A DNA stretch of 55,621 bases, filler included, from Jimgerdemannia flammicorona (GCA_003990765.1; 2 parts of 2 records of this genome joined end to end with filler, not necessarily neighbours in it); one strand, 5' to 3'; counted from the whole stretch's first letter, positions 39,488 through 50,866 are shown. Notes: generated by a model not told the origin, from the letters alone. Translations and numbers: made by a program.

Positions 39488-42400
39488 ATGAACAGTACAA
39501 CCAACATTTTTTCTTTGAATGTGAATGGGCTGAGGGACGCAGTTTGATGCAGGAACATTTTTATTTGGTTGAAGAGATTGGAGGCCGATCTCTTCCTCTT
39601 GCAGGATGTCAGGTGCGAGGATGATGCTGATAGGATGGAATGGACTAAGGAATGGGGTGGTATGGCGATTTGGAACAGCAAGGTCGAGATTCTGGTTTGG
39701 AAAGACAGAGGGGAGATAAAGGATGTGAGGAGCTGGGGAGAGAGACTGGTCTGGGGTGAGTGGATTCATACAGGTTGGGAGTCAGTCACAGTTGGCTCCT
39801 GTTACTGCCCTGCTGTGTGGGGGGAGTGTGTGGATTGGGTGAAAGGGCTCCTGGAGAGTGGGATCCTTGCTGAAGCTGGGTTGGATATGCTTGGAGGAGA
39901 TTTCAATATGGTTCGGGATGTATGGCTGGATAGAACTGATGGAGGATGGGGTGCAGAGAGCAGGAGTGGGGGGTTAGCAACATGGGAGGAGGTTGAAAGG
40001 CTAGGAGCACTGGTGGATGCTGGTAGGGAGCACTGGGGGGACAGGAGGGTATATACGCATTGGGCTGGAGGTCTGGGGACAAGGATTGACTGGATTCTGA
40101 TGGCTGACTGTTGGGGCTGTAATGTTTGGAAGGTGATAGAGGTAGAATGGTGTCCATGGTCAGATCATTGGGGCCTCTTGGGACAGGGGTGTTTTGGGGG
40201 AAGTAGAGATGGGCCTGGACATTGGTGCCTAAATTCCTCCTTGTTGGATGATGAGGCCCAGTGAGAGGAGTGGGCGAATGACATTCAGCTGAAGGTGGCG
40301 AATTGGCGGCAGGAAGGGGCCATGATTGGGGTTCGGTGGATAAGGATGAAAGAGATGGCCAGGATATATTGGAGTGAGGCTGGCAGAGTGGCTGAGAAGT
40401 AGCGAAGGTGGAAAGTGTGTTGGGCTTCTACTAGACTGGCAAGGCTCCTGGAGGAGTGGGTGAGACTGGCAGCAGTGGAGGGAGAAGAGGATTGGAGAAT
40501 AACAAGGGTGAGGATGGAGGTTGGGGAACTGCAACAGGTGCTGTGGGAAGAGGAAGAGTCAAGGGTGCAAGGCCTAGTGGCATGGCTTCATTGGCAGGAG
40601 CTGGAGGAAGGGGAGAGGCCTTCCAAGTTTCTCACAAGGACACTTCGAGCGAGAAGGGTACAGCAGTGATGGGAAGGGGTACTTGACTCGGATGATGTAC
40701 TAGTATATGGTGTACAGGACATCCTTGGAACACTGAAGGCATGATGGAGTGGATTGTGGAGTGAGAAGGAGGGTGGGGCAGATGCTACAGCCATTGACCA
40801 ATCATTAGAAGACTGGCACCCACCACAAGCTGAGGGACTAGGTGACCTGGTGATGCCTGTAAAGGAGGACGAGATCCACCAGGTTCTTGCTGCGACAGCC
40901 TTGGGTATGGTGCCTGGGGAGGATGGCCTCCCCTGGGACTTCTGGAAGCGAATGGTTGGAGTCCCGGGCATATTGGGGGAGTTGACAGCACTGTGTGACT
41001 CTATATTGCAGTCAGGGAGATGGGTGGGGGAGCAAGACCTTGGGCTGGTAACGCTGCTTTATAAGAACAAGGGAAGGCGAGAGGATTGGAAGAACTGGCG
41101 GCCAATAATGTTGCTAGATATGGACAGGAAGTTGGTGACTAAGGTGGTGGTCGCAAGACTACAGAAGGTAGCCCAGCAAATTGTGGGTGCTGAGCAGAGG
41201 GGCTTCATAGGGGGTTAGCTTATTAGAGATGGTACAGCCTGGGTACATAGAGTTATTGAAGGTGCTCGAGCCTGTGGACTAGATGGGCATCTTGTCTTCT
41301 TGGATCAGGAGAAGGCTTATGACCGGGTGCGGCAAGTCTGGCTGGCAAAAGTGTTAGATAGAATTGGAGTTCCAGGCCCATTTCGGTCAGCAATAGTCAG
41401 CCTACTGGAAAGGAGTAGGGCTGTACTCGTGTGCAATGGGCATTGAGGGGTGGCTTTCCCACTGGGTAGGGGAGTGCCCCAGGGGGACCCACTGTCCCCC
41501 ATTTTGTATGCTCTGTCCTTGGAACCTCTAATGGACAGGATTTGGCGGAAGATCATGGGGCTCTCTATCTATGGCATTGGCTGGAAGGTTGGAGCCTTTG
41601 CGGACGACATGGTGGTTGGTTTGGGAGTGACTGCAGATGTCAAGGAGCTCCAGAAGACAGTGGAGTGGTATGAGGTGAACTCTGGGGCGAAGCTGAATTG
41701 GCATAAGTGTGAAACAATGGTGCTGGGCAATGGCTTGGTGGGCAGAGAAGTTATTGAAACAATTGTCCCCACCGGAGAGGCAGTGCAGTACTTGGGCATC
41801 TATTTGTCGGTCTATGGGTCTGTTTTGCCCAGGCTGTGGTAGGAGCAGAGGATTGGAATTTGGGAGGAGAACTTGCAGGGTTGGGGGGGGTAGACACTTC
41901 TCTCTGGCTGGAAGGATCTTGATTTTGAATGTATACTGGCTGCCAAAGCTGTGGTATTTGGCCTATCATCTGGACTTCCCAGCCTGAGTAGTGAAGAGAT
42001 TGGTGAAGGTGGCCAAGGGATGGATTTGGGCTGGCAGATGGAGTCAGATTGGTTGAGAGACTTTGTCCCTACTGGTGGCATGAGGTGGTCTTGGGCTGGT
42101 GGACTTCCTCAAAAGACTACACTGCTTGAGGGCTTGGTGGCTGAGGAGGGCGGTGGAGTTGTATAGAGGGAGCTGGGTCCTCCTGCTGCAGAAGATATGG
42201 GAGAGGTGGACATTGCCTAGAGGCTTGACTGGTGATCTTCTTTCATTAGTTGGGCTTCAGAACACTACGCAACTGAGATATAAAGGCTTCTGGTGGGGGA
42301 TAGCCGAGGGGGCACACCACATTGGTATTCACTGGCAAGGGGATGAGGGGGAGAGGGCTTGGGGCCCAGTGATGTGGAGATGGAATAGCATTCTTCTGGG

Positions 42401-43145
42401 AGGCATACCTTTACTGGAGTTCAACATTAGTGATGGCATCGAGTGCCAAAGGGGTCCAGGCCAGGATCTGTGGCCTAGTGGTTGGCAAGGAGTTGGAATT
42501 GGTGAGAAGTGGGACTGGTATGGGGTTTGGACCTAGAGTGCCACAGTGAAAAATTGGATGCTGCCAAAGTACTGGGTAGTCTGGTTGCATGTGCTGAGGA
42601 GGAATATGATGCTAAACTTCCACTCAGGACACCTTGTTGTAGGGGGCTGCTTTAACTGCGAGGAGTGCCATAATGTAGGGCAGGAAGGGGGATTGGTACA
42701 GATGCCAGAACATTGGCTAGGGGAGTGTGAGGTGTTGGGAGACTTTTGGCAGGCCATTGGGAACTGCTTGGGGGTGAGGCATAGGGGTGATGATGTACGG
42801 GAGAGGTGGGAGGACCTGAGGGATCGATTGATAGGAGGGGTAGGGGAAGAGTGGATTACTCTAGGCTGGGCATTGGCTATTTGGGTTGGGCTGGCCAGAT
42901 ACTGGCTATTTGTATTTGAGGAGGAGAAGCGACAGAGCTCAGGGAGCCAGTTGGCAAGGTGGCAGTTCCTTATGGAAGATACCTTGATAGGCTGGTGGCT
43001 TGGTTGGGGACTGCAGGGGGGTTGAAAGCGCCACTTGGTGGTGAAAATCTGTGGTCAGAGTGGTGGGAGAGTTGGAGTTGTTAGTGAGAGGGTGGTCTTT
43101 ATACGTGAAGAAGTGGGGTGGGGCCCCCCGATGGGGATCGGATAG
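39488..43145 (+). pseudogene. LINE copy G ORF2: APE endonuclease, RT, C-terminal CxxCxxC..HxxxxC motif; disrupted by stops
   Basis: SLNVNGL, LLQD, GGDFN, TRIDWIL, SDH; PGEDG, WRPIMLL, DQEKAYD, QGDPLSP, AFADD, YLG; CFNCEECH...EHWLGEC. Confidence 0.93.
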
Positions 43146-43236
43146 TGGGTGGTGTTATTGTATACTTATTCATAGACTGGTAATAAAGATGGAGTCCAAG
43201 AGACTATAAAAAAAAAAAAAAGGAAAGAAGAATCCT

Positions 43237-43659
43237 GAAAATGTCATCAAAGTACAGAAGATATGATATAAGACTATCATCCCTACTAAGGCCCACCCAA
43301 CTGATGCTAGATATGACCTCTACAGCAGTCAAGATCTCACTATTCTACTAAGTACCAATGCTACAGTGCAAACAAGGATTGCAATACAAGCTCCCAAAGG
43401 TACATACATCTACCTTACCAAGTGAAGCAGTCTAGCCAAAGAGTTTAACATTGGACTAGAAGGAGGAGTAGTTGACCAAGAATTTACTGGTGAAATCTGT
43501 GTCATCTTGCGAAATTTTGAAGACATATCATTTGAAGTCAAAACAGGCCAAAGGATTGCCCAAGCAATCATTGAAGAAATCCATCAAAATCTCACCATTG
43601 AAGAAGTCTCTGAGCTCTCTCAGACAGACCATGGCAAGAAAGAATTTGGATCTACCAAT
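43237..43659 (+). pseudogene. dUTPase domain of the Gypsy polyprotein (trimeric type, motifs I-V)
   Basis: DARYDL (AGYDL), K*SSLA (RSSLA), GVVDQEFTGEI, GQRIAQ, TDHGKKEFGST (RGxxGFGST). Confidence 0.92.
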
Positions 43660-43980
43660 AAATCTCTCAGTCAAAAGGTCACTACTATGAAAGAAGATAA
43701 TGAAAACTGGTATAAGAGAATTGTAGATGGTTATGCACTATGTGGACAATGCCCTCATTCTATTCAAATGTACTGTATGGAACATGTTGGTGAATGCCAT
43801 GCATGTCTCTCCAAAGTTTTCAAAATTCAATCCGAGAAGTACCAAGCCCAACAGGCTGAGAAATCCAAATAAGACAACTCTCCTTATGAAGGATGGGAAG
43901 AAACTGACTTCAAGGAGACTGAAAGCAATTGGGACAATAATGAGGATGAAGAGCTCAACACTATCAAGAAGAAGAATAGT

Positions 43981-46900
43981 TACATCAAGTTCACAGGTCA
44001 AGTCTACAGACAGAATGTCAATGTCTTGCTTGATAGTAGTGCTTAGTGCTCCCAACGAATCAAATCGAATCGAATTTGACCCAAACTCGATTCGATTCGA
44101 TCAAATCAAGGGTCCAATTCAATTCAATTTGAATCAAATCAAAGGTCCAATTTGATTCAAAGTTCGATTCAAACCTTAATTTTCAAAATGTAATAACTCG
44201 ACGAAAACTCATCCAAATTTAATATATTTTAGCTTGTTAGATTCATCGTATTAATGTGATTCTAACAAGCTAAAGTACATTAGATTTGGATGAGTTTACG
44301 CTGAGTTATTGCAATTTGAAAATTAGGGTTTGAATCAGACCCTCAATTCAATTTGACTTTTGATTCTATTCAAATTGATTTGAATTGAAAAATCCCCAAT
44401 TCAATTTGACTCATTTAACCCTTAATTCAATTCGATTCGAATTGATTTGACTCATTTGGAAGCACTAGTAGTGCTACTGGAAACTACATCAGCACTAAGA
44501 CCACTAAGAGAATTGGAGCCCGAAGCAGACCAGCCACTAAGAAAAGAAGTGTCACCTTTGGTGATGGTAAAACTGCACCATTGACCAAGATCTGTGAAGA
44601 TCTCTTACTCAAGATTGGCAAATATCAAGAGAAGTTGGATTTCAGCATTGTAGATCTCCCAAAACAAGACATTATCCTAAGAAAAGCCTGATTGACCCAG
44701 TACAACCCAGATATCAACAGGAGAACCAATGAGGTTGACCTGACCCATAAAGGCAGAAAGATCACCCTGATACCCCAGGAAGGTACCAACTACCAAGGAA
44801 TCAAAATCATCTCTGCTATTCAAATGAAAAGACTCTCTCAAAAAAAGGGAAATACCTACTTCATCTGTATAGTATAAGAAGTCACTGAAGCTACAACTAG
44901 CCCAATCCCAACAGAAGCCTAAGAACTATTTGAAGAATTCCAAGATGTATTCCAAGATCCCCAAGGACTTCCACCCAAGCGCCAAATCCAATATAGAATT
45001 GATCTTATTCTAGGATCTGAACCCCCATACAAGAGTATCTATCAACTGGCCCAATCTGAGCTCAAGACTCTCAAGGATGAATTGACCAAACTACTGACCC
45101 AAGGATATATTAAACCCAGCCACTCTCCATTTGGAGCCCCCATTCTATTTATCAAGAATAAGGATGGCTCTCTGTGAATATATATTGACTACAGAGCCCT
45201 CAACAAGATCACTATCAAGAATTAGTATGCCTTGCCTAAGATTGATGAGTTGCTACACCAAATTTTCAAGACTAAGACCTTTTCTCTACTAGACTTGCAA
45301 AATGGCTACCACCAGATTCTCATTGATGAGAAGGACATTGAGAAGACAGTCTTCTGAATATAGTTTGGACATTATCAGTTCTGAGTCATACCTTTTGGTT
45401 TGACCAATACACCAGCAATATTCCAGTATCTGATGAATGATATCTTTGAACCACTCCTCAACATCTGTGTCCTTGTGTATATTGATGATATACTAATCTA
45501 CAGCGAAACAGTAGAGCTATACTATACCTATCTCAGACAAGTACTGATCCTTCTGCAAGAACACTAGCTCTATGCTAAGATAAGTAAGTGTAAGTTCTAT
45601 CAAGACCAGATTGAGTATCTAGGATATATCATCTCTGCTGAAGGCATCAATGTGGACCCCTGAAAGGTATCAGTCCTTAAGGATATCACTATCTCCACTA
45701 CTCTCAAGCTACTTTAGTGCTTCCTAGGTATTGCTGATTATTACCAAAGGTTTATCCAAGAATACTCTGCTATTGTAGCTCTACTGACCAGCTTGGCCCA
45801 CAAAGGAGTAAATATCAAAGCTGAATGGACTCATGAATACACTCTGGCTATAGACCATCTCAAGAGACTCCTTACTGAGGCCCCAGTATTAATTGTACCT
45901 GACCCTACCAGGCCATTTACTCTGATCACAGATACCTCCGATATTGCTATTGGGGTAGTACTCAGCCAAGAAGATTGCTCAGTGGCCTACCTTTCCCAAA
46001 AACTCAAACCAGCTGAGACCCAGTATACCACCCATGAGAAGGAACTTCTGGCCATTGTTACTGCACTCCAGGAATGGTGCTATTTCCTCCTAGGACAACC
46101 TTTTGTGGCCTACACTGATCACTATGCTCTGTGGTATATTCACACACAGTCTATGCTGATCCATAGACAAGCCTGCTGGATGGAAATCATTGCCAACTTT
46201 GATATATATTTTAGGCAAAACCAACCATGTGACTGATGGTTTCTCCAGATATATGGAAGATAAACTTATCTTCATGGTCAAGATAATTGGAGACCTTACC
46301 CAAATGATCAAGGATGGCTACTAGCAAGACAGCCCCCTGATGAAATTCCTTCAATTCTGCTAAGACCCAAAGGCCAAGATCCCAGAGCCCATAAGGCAAA
46401 TGTCTAAGAGATTCACTTACCATGATGGACTTATCTACAGAGACCATGACAGAGTGGTTGTACCCAACAATAGTACTCTGCAACTCCAGATTATGTAGGA
46501 ACTCCATAATACTCCTGCAGGAGGACATTTTGGTTTTGAAAAAACCTACAACCTCCTCTTAAGAGAGTTCTACTGGTCAAAGATGACCAAGGACATCAAA
46601 GACTTTGTGGCTTCATGTGGGATGTGCCAAAGGTTCAAAAGTGATAATAAGCTACCAGCAGGACTCCTACAACTGCTACCAATTCCAAGTCACAACTGGG
46701 ATCAGATTGCAATAGACTTTATTGTCTAACACCCCAAGACCAAGGTAGGATGGGATGCCATTATGGTATTTGTAGACTACCTAAGTAAACAAGCCCATTT
46801 TGTACCCATCAAGACTACTGCTACAGCACCAGAGATTGCTGAGATTTTTCTCAATCAAGTATTCAGGCTACATGGCATGCCTAGCACCATTGTATCTGAC

Positions 46901-47788
46901 TGAGATGTCAAGTTCACAAGCAACTTCTGGAAGGCATTCTTCTCTCTCTATGAAACTAAGCTGAAGTTCTTTACTACCTACTATCCTCAGACCAATGGTC
47001 AAACTGAGTGAACCAACAGGACTCTCAAACAGATGCTTAGCATCTTCTGCTGTTACAAGCAGAATGATTGGGATAAGTACCTAGCCCATGCTAAGTTTGC
47101 CTACAACAACAGTTAGCAAATATCTATGAAGAAGACTCCATTCTTCCTGAACCATGGTCAACACCCGAGGACTCTGAGTACTACTGTGAAATCAGCAGTC
47201 CCAGCAGCCCAAGATCTGACTAAGATCATTTCTGATCTTACTTGAATAATAAGAGATGCTCTCATAGAAGCACAAGATCACTAGACCAAGTATGCAAATC
47301 TGAAGTGAAGAGAAGCCTCCTACAATATTAGTGACATGGTCATACTTAGAACAGACCACCTCCACCCTAATACCCTGGCACAACAACCAGCCAAGAAACT
47401 TTGTGCTAGAAGAATTGGACTATACAAGATTATGGAAAAAGTCAGCAAAGTCAACTATAAGTTGCAACTTCCCCACAATATCTGAGTATACCTAGTATTT
47501 CATATCAGTCAATTGGTGAACTACTATGAGAACTCATTCTCTGAGCATACAGTTCCACCACCACCCCCAATTAGGATCAATAATCATGAGAAATTCGAAA
47601 TTGAGGAAATACTTGACCACAAGGTCTGCAAATATCCCAAAACAGTCAAGCAGTTTTTCCTGATCAAGTGGAAGGGTTACCCCATCCATGACACCACTTG
47701 GGAAAAAGAAGAAGCTCTGAGGAATGTATGCAAAGCTCTCCAGAACTATATAGAAACACTCACCCCCCAACAAAGGAAGGAACTATAG
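43981..47788 (+). pseudogene. Pol: aspartic protease (split by MITE), RT (YIDD about 45478), RNase H, integrase (HHCC, core), chromodomain
   Basis: LLDSS(G)A|TGNYIS; SPFGAPILF..KDGSL*IYIDYRALN; PFGLTN; ITDTSD..HEKELLAIV; H..GGHFG..CGMC; FEIEEILDH..FLIKWKGYPIHDTTWE. Confidence 0.93.
44044..44467. mobile_element. hAT-type MITE (424 bp) inserted in the protease active-site motif
   Basis: TIRs TAGTGCTCCCAA / TTTGGAAGCACTA, 8-bp TSD GTAGTGCT (44036-44043, 44468-44475), subterminal TCGAA/TTCGA repeats, and a central palindrome at about 44166-44337. Confidence 0.93.
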
Positions 47789-48366
47789 CTCTAAGAATTA
47801 GAGCATATAGTGAGCAGAAGGATACTATATATTTTATCCAGAAATATATAATACCAAATATTGAAAAAGGAACACTATGGATAACTAATAAGAAGATACC
47901 CAAGAAAAGGACAATCTAGTATAGTACAGCAAAATGCATTTGAACAACTCCATTTCATACCATCTATGTTATCTCTGCTGGATGATGATAAATACTTCAT
48001 ATGGAACTTAGGAAAGCTGACAATGTTGAAACCAGTCTAAGTCCATCCATATGACAGATATTGTTACTAGGAATTGCTTTAGATTACAAGAAAGTCTATT
48101 TCCAAAAAGTTCAAATCCCCAGCCATAATAATGGGAGCCCTTGCCCTAGACAAGAATGGCCAGTCCTTACAAATATGCCAACCAGACAAAAAAAAAAATA
48201 GACCAAGACCTGTTAACCCTGTGTAACCACAACTATAAGTGATATGTAATATCTTTGAAATCAGGATTTTCTCATGTGACCAGCATATGCCCCACTTATA
48301 GTAATAGATCACACATTTTGCTAAAAAGCATGACTGAAAGAAGATCACACCAGATAGATAAATAAG

Positions 48367-48374
48367 TATAAATA
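48367..48374 (+). promoter_or_regulatory. Internal TATA box (GTATAAATACCC, same context as the LTR TATA) upstream of the accessory ORF
   Basis: 12-mer identical to that at 34966-34977 in the LTR. About 70 bp upstream of the inferred ORF start. Confidence 0.55.
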
Positions 48375-48438
48375 CCCAAGGTAAGAATACCCCACAACTC
48401 TCATCCCCCTCTCCTCATAAAGAAAAGACAAGACAAGA

Positions 48439-49242
48439 ATATCCACTACTTACTGCCAAACTGTCCACTATAGCCAGCCCCTCCTAAGCTAGGTTGACTG
48501 CCTCTTTGGACATATCCAGATTGCTATCTAAGGAAGGAACCACCACTCAGAGGCCCTTAACCTCTCCAGCTAGAACCTAGGACATTATGTCCTTAACTAT
48601 CATGAAGTCATCGAAAGAGCCTACCTTGCCACCAGCCACCTAGAGATCTAGTATGAATACAAGATTGGCCATCAACTCCTCCAATGGGCAAAGAACCTGC
48701 CCACTGACCAAGTCTCAGAATGGACCCACCTGGACAGATATGAGCAAAGACTTACCAAGAAGGTCCATCAAATCATGTACCATGTACTCTTTGCAATCCC
48801 CAACCTCAACTATGTCCAACTGAAGGATTTCCAGAACCTCTCTTTCTCTGAGATTGATGAACTTGAGATCAAGGTAGCCCAAGAAGCCAACTCCTGGATC
48901 TCTCTCAAGTCTACTGACTGCAAACCCTACTGGAGCCCCCTCCTGAATGACAACCCAGACCAATGGCTCCAAGGCCTCTCTGATCTCTTTGAAGGATCAC
49001 CTATCTGAATAGATATTCCCAGACATAAGGATCAAGAACTCTACTTGGATGGTCCCAACTGCATCAGATGGAGAACTCCTATACCAGTGCCCATCCCAAT
49101 GCAAGAACCATTTGCAGACCTCATTAACTTCTCCATCCTGGACAGTGAGTCATCAGCAACCACCTCCCCTGCTACTGAAGAAGATGGTGACAATCCTGAG
49201 GAAGAGTCTCCACCTTTCTCTCTCCTGGTTCTCAATTTCTAA
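48439..49242 (+). pseudogene. Accessory ORF (about 267 aa) of unknown function between chromodomain and 3' LTR
   Basis: Single frame joining ORF-track pieces 48775-49008 and 49045-49242. All five internal stops fit C>T/G>A. Start ATA is probably a decayed ATG. Acidic C-terminus. Confidence 0.7.
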
Positions 49243-49264
49243 ATTAATGAGAATGTTGATTTCT

Positions 49265-49277
49265 AAGGAGGAAAGGA
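49265..49277 (+). promoter_or_regulatory. Polypurine tract AAGGAGGAAAGGA
   Basis: Immediately precedes the TG of the 3' LTR. Confidence 0.85.
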
Positions 49278-50050
49278 TGTAATACAATGAATGAGTGAAC
49301 AGATAAGATGTGATGAGTGATCACATGACCCAGCGAGCAATGACATCATCATACAATTGAGTGTAATATATGAATAACAAACAATGCAGAAAAACAACAC
49401 AAAAAATGATATTTAGCTTATCTCTGACAATCAGTACCATAGCAATAGTTGCCACAGTAGCTGATCATTACCTAGTAATTGAGATCCTGATCATAAAGTT
49501 GTTTTTACCAAAAACTACCTGATAAAGGTCATAATCACAAACCTCATTATAGTTATTAAATTAGTCACTCATACTTAGTCAGAAATTGTAGACCAATTTG
49601 TATAAATACCCCCCAGTTTCCATCTGAAATAAAGCAGTTTTAGATTAGTTCTTAATATAAGAATCAAGTCCCCCCTCCATATACACATTCCCCTGAGTCT
49701 TAGTAATGACACCTAAGTGACTCTAGTGTTTCTGACTAAACTCTAGAAGTCTAGCTAACTTCTGCCAGAACTGAGACCAGTATATAAATCCCCAAAGACT
49801 TAAGTAAACCCATTGAACCTAAATTCCAAGACAAATTCAGTCTGTACACAGCAAAGGACAAGATCTTTGAAATAGGGCAAAAGAGAAAGACCTTTGAAAT
49901 AGAAGACACTGCTACTACAACTACTTATAAGTGAGCACTTCCTCAAACTGAAGGCTTCTTGGTATACATTATGTACTAAGTTTCTAAGTAATAGTCTACT
50001 TCTCTAATTATCCAAAGGATAAGAGAGGGGTAGAAGTGAGAGTTATTACA
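49278..50050 (+). repeat. 3' LTR
   Basis: TGTAATA...TATTACA, colinear with the 5' LTR. Confidence 0.95.
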
Positions 50051-50692
50051 ATAACTAAAATATTCTCTTTGAATATGAATAGGTTGAGAGAGGCAGCTTG
50101 ATGAAAGTACATATTTGGTTGGCTCAAGAAATTGGATACAGATCTCTTCTTACTATAGAATATATATTATAAGGTAGATGTGGACTTACAGAATTAGACT
50201 AGGGAATGAGGGGGGGGCAGCTATGTAGATTGGGAGGATGGGTATCCTAGTTTGAAAGGGGATGGGAGATATTGGAGATATTGGACAATGAGGGAGTCAG
50301 TTGGTATAGAGAGTTTGGAAGAGGCCTGGTTGGAGCCCTTTGACAGTTAGATCATGTTATTGCCTAGCAAAAAGAAGAGAACAGGTAGATTGGATCAGAA
50401 ATTTGAGAGAGACTGGTGTCTTGGGTGAGACAGAGATCAACTGCCTGGGGGGGGATTTTAATGTAGTGAGAGATAATATGGTGAACAGGACTGATAGTGG
50501 GAGAGGAATGAGGAGCAGAAGTGGTGGGTTAGATGATTGGATGGAGATGAAGAGATTGAGTTCTTTGGTTAACTCAGAGAGATAGTTCTGGGAAGAGTAT
50601 CAAATTTATACTTATTGGGTAGCAGGGCTGAGTTCCAGGATTGACTGGATATTGACAGCAGAGTGCTGGGGAGCAGATATCTATACAATAAC
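50051..50692 (+). mobile_element. LINE copy D continuation (endonuclease domain)
   Basis: Resumes the ORF2 start (..TKIFSLNMNRL), GGDFNV, SRIDWIL. Joins seamlessly to 34643 after removing the LTR element and one ATAAC. Confidence 0.88.
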
Positions 50693-50866
50693 TATAATAT
50701 AGCAGTTTCCTGATAGTGTTACTGGTAGTGGCCCAATGATATCTATTGCAATGTGGTGGAAGGGGATAGGCTCAATTCTTGATAATCCAGGTGTCTGGTC
50801 TTGCTGATCTTATTTCTGTTTTTGGTATTTGTCACACCCTTTGACAAATTAGCACAGGTCTTCAGA

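Larger units (their letters stand above)
37356..43220 (+). mobile_element. Full-length LINE family 1 copy G inserted in the Gypsy element between the zinc knuckle and dUTPase
   Basis: 5' CACCTTTCTCTAGTAACATTCAGG, AATAAA plus poly(A). TSD AGGAAAGAAGAATCCT(C/G)AAAA at 37334-37354 and 43221-43241. Confidence 0.95.
34644..50050 (+). mobile_element. Complete Ty3/Gypsy chromovirus-type LTR retrotransposon carrying dUTPase and an extra ORF (contains a nested LINE and a MITE)
   Basis: Two 773-bp LTRs, TGTAATA...TATTACA termini, 5-bp TSD ATAAC (34639-34643 / 50051-50055), PBS, PPT, and domain order PR-RT-RH-IN-chromo. Confidence 0.95.

Noticed and set aside
43237..43659. dUTPase as a direct counter-defence against the observed C>T mutation
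   Set aside because: dUTPase limits dUTP incorporation and does not repair deaminated (methyl)cytosine in DNA. The element is itself heavily mutated.
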